Assembly: GCF_000015585.1 (NCBI RefSeq)
Contig: NC_008789.1
Span: 270,001-302,000, forward strand
Direction: 5' to 3'
Source: Halorhodospira halophila SL1
Lineage (GTDB): Bacteria > Pseudomonadota > Gammaproteobacteria > Nitrococcales > Halorhodospiraceae
Length of the DNA stretch: 32,000 bases
In this document: positions 27,701-32,000 of the stretch, piece by piece
Layout of the letters: the number at the start of each line of letters is the position of its first letter
Numbering within the stretch: the first letter of the stretch is position 1
Program-made: the position numbers and the translations under genes
The notes under the pieces: model-generated
What the model was told of the DNA's origin: nothing
Databases searched by the model: none
The model's input: only the letters and a program-made list of their open reading frames with translations

Positions 27701-27838
27701 CTCGAAGCTGGGAAAGAACTGCGTGTTGAGCTGACTGACGGCGTAAAAGCCGGAGATGAACATCAGCGCCAGCACCAAGTTGGCGGCCACCGGGTGGTCC
27801 GCCAACCAGCGCAGCGCGTCTCGCCGCTGCTCAACCAT
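24716..27838 (-). CDS. RND efflux transporter permease (AcrB/AcrD/AcrF family)
   Basis: 1040 aa with 12 TM helices, two large periplasmic loops and internal duplication. Typical N-terminus WLADHPVAANLVLALMFISG and conserved TM4 region LGIIVDDAIVVGE. Confidence 0.95.
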   Translation of the reverse strand: MVEQRRDALRWLADHPVAANLVLALMFISGFYAVSQLNTQFFPSFELDVVTVQVEWPGSTAEDVADSVTTPLEDAVRDLEGLREMQSRSADGVSNISLEFFEGTDMADTVEDVKDRVAAVRNLPEEAEEPTIRRISRFDPVARVVLSGDAPPSSMRAWARELEDDLLRRGVANVEVTGMPDLETAVEVEQRVLLDSGLTFADLGAAIDAESTDLPGGEAGEADIARQLRSLEQRRGVQEFRDLQITDGDGQPLLLSNLAQIERRARDGQVDFRLGEDTAIELYVQRSEGEDALGAAAILEAWYDDVSPTLPDGLELTIYDEFWELISERIGLLVTNGLAGLLLVVAILFTFLTARVAFWVTVGIPAAFLTALVVLWGVGGSINMMSLFALIMTLGIIVDDAIVVGERGVARFQRGESPGEAAAGGARDMLAPVLASSLTTVAAFIPLMAISGVMGNMLFDIPLVVICVIIASLIEAFIVLPGHLRRSFEGDQRGREPSRFRRWVDNGFHRFREGAYRRGITRAVEWRWTTVSGAVALLVAAAGLVVGGRIDFTFFPEPEGTVLQANVGFAPGTPPERVEAFLGDMERQLHAADAALSDQQLVRTHTVRYGEMQARDAQDANRGDHYGNIAVELISPEERDVRNTDLINAWEERITERPGLERLVIRERGAGPPGEDIDVRLTQGDPGTLRAAADELRQVLHRYPGLGSIDDDLPYGQEQWVYRLTAEGRALGLTTEAVSRQVRDAFAGELAQVYHQGRDEVEVRVRQPMAERRDLSAVTDLQIRLPEGDLVPLDSVVTIDSRRGFEVVRHHNGELAVSVTGDVDDRVANTGQIRADLRENVLPDLVERYGVAAEFGGQADFQDETLADMQRGLFFALGLIYLILAWVFASYGWPLLVMTVIPFGLVGALVGHWVMGLDLTLLSLFGIFGLTGITVNNAIILTLFYKQIRDAGTPVVEALVEASCQRLRAMILTSLTTIGGLLPLLAEQSVQAQFLIPMAAAIAFGLAGATGIVLFLMPALLRIYEDAVAGVTRWRYGTTP

Positions 27839-27841
27839 CGG

Positions 27842-29128
27842 CTAGCGGCTCTCCGGATCGACGCGCACGCGCAGCCCGTCCGTGGCCTGCGGGATCTGCG
27901 TGGTGACGATCTGGGCCCCGGCTTCGATCTCCGGGGCGCGGATCAGGGCGCCGCGGCGGCCGTCCGGGCGCCGCGCCTCGCCCAGGCGCTGGGCCTCGAT
28001 ACCGCGCAGGCGCTTGTGGTCGTCGTCTTCCCCGCCCGACTCGACGATGTAGAGCCGGTCGGTGCCGTAGAGCGCCTCGTAGGGGACCACCAGGGTGCCG
28101 GGCTCCGGGGGCAGCTCCAGCATCACCTCGGCGAAGCGATCCAGCGCCACGTCCTCGTGTCGGTCGGCCACGGTGAAGATCGCCTCGACCCCGCCGCGCT
28201 CGCGGGCGGTCTGCCCGGCCAGCCGGTCCAGCTCCAGGTCGAGTTCGCGGCCATCCACCCGCGCTTCGCCGCGCACCGCGGTATCGGCAGCACGGGCCCG
28301 GTAGAGGGCACCGATGCGCGTGGTGGGGATCTGCACCCGGACCTCCAGCTCGCCGGTGTCGTAGAGACCGACGAGCTCGTTACCGGGGCTCACCCGGTCA
28401 CCCCGGCCCACCGGCACCGCGCTGACCCGGCCGTCGAAGGGGGCGCGCACCTCGGTGCGGCCCACGTCACGCCGGGCCTGATCCCGGGCGGCCTCGGCGC
28501 CGTCCCGGCGCGCCTCGGCCACGGCCAGACGCTCCTCGGCGTCGTCCACCGACTGCCGGGCCCGGATCACCGCCTGGCGCTGGCGCTCCTTGGACTCCTC
28601 GGCGTCGTCGAGTTCCGAGGGTGAGGCGGCGTTGTCGGCGACCAGCTCCTCGAGCCGCGCCACCCGCCGCTGGTCGATGGCCAGCAGGGCCTCCTCGGCC
28701 TCCAGGTCCTCGCGGTCCGCCTCGACGGCGCGGCGCTCCTGGCGCAGCGCCGCTTCCAGTTCGTCGAGATCCGCCTGGCGCTGTCGGAGGATGTCGCGCA
28801 GCTCGCCGTCGTCCAGGCGCACCAGCAGCTCGCCGGCCTCCACCACCCGGCCGTCGCGGGCCGGGACGTCGACCACGTCAGCCTCCACCGCCGACTTGAC
28901 GGTAACGTCCGAAGGCGACTCGATGTAGCCGAACAGACGCAGCAGCGGCTGGTGGACACCGGGCTCGGCACGCTCAGTGGCCACCACCCAGGAGGGTTCG
29001 GTGGGCTCCTCGGCGGGCGGATCGGGGCGGGTCCAGACCAGCGCCGCCAGGACCAGCACGGCCGCCATCAGCACCACCACGGGCGCAGCGGCCCCCCAAC
29101 CCTTTCGCAGCAACGAACGTAACGGCAC
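27842..29128 (-). CDS. RND efflux periplasmic adaptor (membrane fusion protein, HlyD family)
   Basis: N-terminal anchor AAPVVVLMAAVLVLAALVW, a long coiled-coil hairpin (LRQRQADLDELEAALRQERRAVEADREDLEAEEA...), and lipoyl and beta-barrel segments. GTG start with GGAAGG SD. Stop lies 3 nt before the RND ATG. Confidence 0.85.
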   Translation of the reverse strand: MPLRSLLRKGWGAAAPVVVLMAAVLVLAALVWTRPDPPAEEPTEPSWVVATERAEPGVHQPLLRLFGYIESPSDVTVKSAVEADVVDVPARDGRVVEAGELLVRLDDGELRDILRQRQADLDELEAALRQERRAVEADREDLEAEEALLAIDQRRVARLEELVADNAASPSELDDAEESKERQRQAVIRARQSVDDAEERLAVAEARRDGAEAARDQARRDVGRTEVRAPFDGRVSAVPVGRGDRVSPGNELVGLYDTGELEVRVQIPTTRIGALYRARAADTAVRGEARVDGRELDLELDRLAGQTARERGGVEAIFTVADRHEDVALDRFAEVMLELPPEPGTLVVPYEALYGTDRLYIVESGGEDDDHKRLRGIEAQRLGEARRPDGRRGALIRAPEIEAGAQIVTTQIPQATDGLRVRVDPESR

Positions 29129-29158
29129 GCAGCCCTTCCTTCATTTCGCCTCGAGTGG

Positions 29159-29176
29159 CCCTGGGGTGCCCCAGGG
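29159..29176. other. Short GC palindrome between the YbgA-like gene stop and the RND operon start
   Basis: CCCTGGGG-TG-CCCCAGGG. No U tract on the minus strand, so it is at best a weak terminator or attenuator. Confidence 0.3.
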
Positions 29177-29186
29177 GGCCGCCGGA

Positions 29187-30167
29187 TCAGACCTGATTGA
29201 GCAGCGCCAGTTCCGGCGGACTCCAGTAGAGATAGAACTGCCGCTCCACATAGGGATCCGGCCAGTGGCGGAAGTGGTGACGCAACAGCATCACCGGGAC
29301 GATCAACGGCACCATACCGGTGCGGTACTGCTCGATGACACTCACCACCTCTTGCTTGTCCGCCGGGTCCAGCTCGCGTTTGAGATAGCCGAGCAGGTGG
29401 TAGAGCACGTTGGCGTGCCGGCCGCGCGTCGCCGGCCGGGCCAGGGCCGCCATGAACCCGTGGATGTACTCGTCGGCCACCGCCTCCAGCGACCGCTCGC
29501 CCAGCGTCGAGACCAGCCGCCCCAGCTCGCGCATGCGCTGATCGTCGTGGGCCATGAGCAACAGCTTGTGCTCGGCGTGGAAATCCACCAGCGCCTTGGG
29601 CGTCAGGCCCGCCTCGACCAGGCGCTGCCAACGGTAGTAGCAGAAGACCCGGCAGACAAAGCCCTCACGCAGGGACGGATCGTTGAGCCGTCCCTCCTCC
29701 TCCACCGGGAGCAGTGGGTTGGCCTCCATCAGCGTCCGTGCATAGGCGCCCCGCCCGGGGATACCGGCCGGATGGCCGTCGGGTTTGTAGACCTTGACGC
29801 GCTCCATACCGCAGCTCGGCGACTTGGCCTTGAGGATGTAGCCGCTGAGCCAGTGGAGCTCCCGCCCCTTCTCGCGGCCGAAGGCCTCCATGGCCTCGGT
29901 GACGTCGGTCTGCCGATCCCGCACCCCGCGCACGCGCACCCGGTTGTCCGCATCCAGCTCCAGGCGGATCGGCGGCCGCGGGGTGGGCAGCCCGATGGCC
30001 ACCTCGGGGCAGACGGGCACGTAGCGGAAGTAGCGCGAGAGTGCCTCGGTAACGAAGGGGTTGCGCTTGTGACTGCCGTCGTAGCGCACCTCCTCGCCGA
30101 GCAGGCAGCTGCTCACGCCCACCGGAATCTGCGGCTGCGACGCGGTCTGATCGCTTGGCCGGCTCAT
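29187..30167 (-). CDS. DUF523 (TudS-like Fe-S) plus DUF1722 fusion protein, YbgA family
   Basis: N-terminal DUF523 motifs VSSCLLGEEVRYDG and KAKSPSCG. The C-terminal half (FCYYRWQRL...HKLLLMAH...LLGYLK) matches DUF1722/YbgA. I prefer ATG 30167 (MSRPSDQ) with AGGGAG upstream over the TTG at 30188. Confidence 0.85.
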   Translation of the reverse strand: MSRPSDQTASQPQIPVGVSSCLLGEEVRYDGSHKRNPFVTEALSRYFRYVPVCPEVAIGLPTPRPPIRLELDADNRVRVRGVRDRQTDVTEAMEAFGREKGRELHWLSGYILKAKSPSCGMERVKVYKPDGHPAGIPGRGAYARTLMEANPLLPVEEEGRLNDPSLREGFVCRVFCYYRWQRLVEAGLTPKALVDFHAEHKLLLMAHDDQRMRELGRLVSTLGERSLEAVADEYIHGFMAALARPATRGRHANVLYHLLGYLKRELDPADKQEVVSVIEQYRTGMVPLIVPVMLLRHHFRHWPDPYVERQFYLYWSPPELALLNQV

Positions 30168-30181
30168 GCTCTCCCTAGGGT

Positions 30182-30198
30182 TGTACAACTTGTGTACA
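30182..30198. promoter_or_regulatory. Tandem TGTACA-N5-TGTACA hexamers immediately upstream of the YbgA-like gene (candidate operator)
   Basis: TGTACA at 30182-30187 and 30193-30198, with an 11-bp period. Each hexamer is itself palindromic. They fill the 36-nt gap between the HAD stop and the YbgA-like start. Confidence 0.3.
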
Positions 30199-30203
30199 GC
30201 ATT

Positions 30204-30941
30204 CTAGCCATCCGCATCCACGCTTGCATCCACGCTGCGCAGGATCGCCCGGCGCAGCGCCGCCATGTCCGGGACCATCAGGCAGTCGGGCACGCCGTGG
30301 GACGGCTCCGGCGGGCCGTAACGGCAGATCAACGCCGCCTGCATGCCGGCGGCCAGCGCCCCGGCGGCGTCGCTGTCCGGGTCATCCCCCACGTGCAGAA
30401 CCTCGCCGGGGGGCGCCCCGGCGTGCTCGCAGGCCAGGGCGAAGATCTCCGGCTCGGGCTTGGGAATGTCGATGTCCACGCCGCGCACCACGAAGTGGAC
30501 GTAGGGGCCGAGTTCGGTGCGGTAGACATCGGCGTTGCCGTTGGTGATCACGCCGATACGGAACCGCCCGGCCAGATCGCGCAGGGCCGGCAGCACTTCG
30601 GGGAACGGGGCCACCCGGCTCTGCCGCGCCTCGAGGAACACGGCGAAGGTCTGCTCCACGAACCGCTCCGCCGCGGCTCCGTCGATCCCGCAGCTGCGGG
30701 CGATCTCAGCCATGGTGGCACGGCGCAGGGTGGTGGCGTTGCGTGTGAGTTCCGGGCGCGCGGCGGCCAGTTCGCGGCGCAGCTGCCGCATGGTGTCGGG
30801 ATCGAAGCGCTCGGCCACCACCGGGTAGGCGTCGCGCAGATAGTCGTGGAGGGTCTGCTCGGCCGCCGCGAGGACATCGTCGACGGACCAGAGGGTGTCG
30901 TCGAGGTCGAAGGTCAGGGCCCGCAGGGGGGGACGGATCAT
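30204..30941 (-). CDS. HAD-IA family hydrolase (phosphatase/nucleotidase-like)
   Basis: Motif I FDLDDTLW, motif II VITNG, and motif III/IV K...HVGDDPDSD. Start ATG 30941 overlaps the dnaQ stop (ATGA). Confidence 0.85.
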   Translation of the reverse strand: MIRPPLRALTFDLDDTLWSVDDVLAAAEQTLHDYLRDAYPVVAERFDPDTMRQLRRELAAARPELTRNATTLRRATMAEIARSCGIDGAAAERFVEQTFAVFLEARQSRVAPFPEVLPALRDLAGRFRIGVITNGNADVYRTELGPYVHFVVRGVDIDIPKPEPEIFALACEHAGAPPGEVLHVGDDPDSDAAGALAAGMQAALICRYGPPEPSHGVPDCLMVPDMAALRRAILRSVDASVDADG

Positions 30942-31669
30942 GATCCGGACGCCTCCTCGCCACGGGCCGAGCCGCGCCACAACGCCGGCCCGCCGCAGGT
31001 GGCCTCGATGCGCTGGAGCAGCTGCTCGTGGGCCTCGCGCTCGAGTTCACCGGGCTCCGGGACGCGCAGCCGCGGCCGCTCCGCCGACAGCCGCTGCACC
31101 GGCTCGGCGCCGCCCGGCTCCAGGCCCTCGCCCTCCAGGGAGAGCTTGCCCTGACCACCGGTCATGGCCAGGTAGACCTCGGCGAGCAGTTCCGAGTCGA
31201 GCAGCGCGCCGTGGAGTTCGCGGCGCGAGCCGTCCACGCTGTAGCGCTTGCACAGGGCATCGAGGCTGCAGCGCTGGCCCGGATGCATGCGCCGGGCCAT
31301 CTGCAGCGAGTCGGTGATGGTGCAGTAGTCCTCGAGCTGCCCCCACGCCGGCCCCAGACGGGCCAGCTCGGCGTCGATGAAGCCGACGTCGAAGGGCGCG
31401 TTGTGGATGATCAGCTCGGCATCCTGGACGTAGTCGACGAAGCGCCGGGCGATGTCGGCAAAGCGCGGCTTGTCGGCCAGGAAACGATTCGACAGACCGT
31501 GGACGTTCTCCGCCCCCTCGTCCACTGCCCGGTCCGGATTGAGGTACTCGTGGAAGTTGTTGCCGGTCAGCCGCCGGCGCACCAGCTCGACACACCCGAT
31601 CTCGATGATGCGGTGCCCCTCGGTGGGGTCCATGCCGGTGGTCTCGGTGTCGAGCAGGATCTGCCGCAT
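30938..31669 (-). CDS. dnaQ: DNA polymerase III epsilon subunit (3'-5' proofreading exonuclease)
   Basis: Exo I LLDTETTG, Exo II IIHNAPFDVGF, Exo IIIe HGALLDSELLAEVY, a Q-linker, and a C-terminal theta/alpha-binding tail. Confidence 0.95.
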   Translation of the reverse strand: MRQILLDTETTGMDPTEGHRIIEIGCVELVRRRLTGNNFHEYLNPDRAVDEGAENVHGLSNRFLADKPRFADIARRFVDYVQDAELIIHNAPFDVGFIDAELARLGPAWGQLEDYCTITDSLQMARRMHPGQRCSLDALCKRYSVDGSRRELHGALLDSELLAEVYLAMTGGQGKLSLEGEGLEPGGAEPVQRLSAERPRLRVPEPGELEREAHEQLLQRIEATCGGPALWRGSARGEEASGS

Positions 31670-31741
31670 GGCTCAGGGTCCGGATACATTGCAAGGATTC
31701 GAAACAGTCTGCGACGCGGCCCATCCAGGGTCAACGCAGGG

Positions 31742-31757
31742 TGTCACAAACGGCACA
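31742..31757 (+). promoter_or_regulatory. NifA upstream activator sequence 1 (TGT-N10-ACA)
   Basis: TGTCACAAACGGCACA matches the TGT-N10-ACA consensus exactly. It lies about 100 nt upstream of the -24/-12 element. Confidence 0.65.
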
Positions 31758-31771
31758 CCATAACGCCCGGC

Positions 31772-31787
31772 TGTCGGATTTGCGACA
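31772..31787 (+). promoter_or_regulatory. NifA upstream activator sequence 2 (TGT-N10-ACA)
   Basis: TGTCGGATTTGCGACA matches TGT-N10-ACA, 30 nt (about three helical turns) from UAS 1. Confidence 0.65.
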
Positions 31788-31841
31788 CACCCGCAAAGCC
31801 CACCCCCCCGCCGTGACGCGCCTCCCACCGCCGCCCGGACC

Positions 31842-31856
31842 TGGCACGCCCCTTGC
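31842..31856 (+). promoter_or_regulatory. Sigma-54 (-24/-12) promoter of nifE
   Basis: TGGCAC-GCCCC-TTGC matches the TGGCAC-N5-TTGC consensus perfectly. The GC of the -12 element lies 43 nt before the nifE ATG. Confidence 0.8.
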
Positions 31857-31898
31857 TGCACTGCGGGAGAAGCCACCCAGGACCGGAGCCGCCCGCCC

Positions 31899-32000
31899 AT
31901 GCGAAACCAGGAGATCGCCGCCCTCCTCGACGAACCGGGCTGCGCCCACAACCAGGGCAGCAAATCGGGCTGCGCGCGCCCCACGCCGGGCGCCGCCGCT
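31899..32000 (+). CDS. nifE: Nitrogenase FeMo-cofactor biosynthesis scaffold NifE, 5' fragment (runs off the window)
   Basis: The translation MRNQEIAALLDEPGCAHNQGSKSGCARPTPGAAA parallels the NifE N-terminus as I recall it (…[28 protein letters not shown]…). It is preceded by a NifA/sigma-54 promoter. It is absent from the ORF track because it is open-ended. Confidence 0.8.
   Translation, partial: MRNQEIAALLDEPGCAHNQGSKSGCARPTPGAAA

Overview
This is a very GC-rich, gene-dense chromosomal segment; third codon positions are almost all G/C except in one gene. I call 29 protein-coding genes. I found no rRNA, tRNA, CRISPR array, transposase, integrase or phage genes. From left to right: (1) an osmoprotectant-uptake cluster made of a periplasmic glycine-betaine binding protein, a compositionally atypical acidic porin and a BCCT transporter; (2) an orphan HEAT/helical-repeat protein; (3) a long minus-strand block carrying a NodIJ-like ABC-2 exporter, mobA-moeA, and a RimK module (DUF1295, retropepsin-like protein, RimK, AstE/AspA-like carboxypeptidase-fold protein); (4) a tightly interlocked three-gene module of unknown role (orphan membrane protein, MoxR-class AAA+ ATPase, metallopeptidase-like/vWA protein), preceded on the same strand by a TehA/SLAC1-like channel and a PatZ-type protein acetyltransferase; (5) an orphan acyl-carrier-like protein, truC, an MFS/GPH transporter, nadA, a CinA-N/COG1058-like protein, and a two-component RND pump (adaptor plus permease, no outer-membrane factor in the window); (6) a DUF523/DUF1722 (YbgA-like) gene, a HAD hydrolase and dnaQ; and (7) at the right edge, a textbook NifA/sigma-54 promoter (two TGT-N10-ACA sites plus TGGCAC-N5-TTGC) driving the 5' end of nifE. 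The best candidate for an undescribed system is the orphan-membrane/MoxR/vWA operon at 13065-16489, whose peptidase-like motif reads HQxxH. A second notable pattern: three of the four convergent gene junctions share a single CTAG that supplies the stop codon of both genes, once at the centre of a perfect 16-nt palindrome. Composition, acidic proteins, betaine uptake and nif point to a halophilic diazotrophic gammaproteobacterium of the Ectothiorhodospiraceae type; this is inference only. Many long ORFs in the supplied track are antisense shadow ORFs typical of high-GC DNA and were not called.
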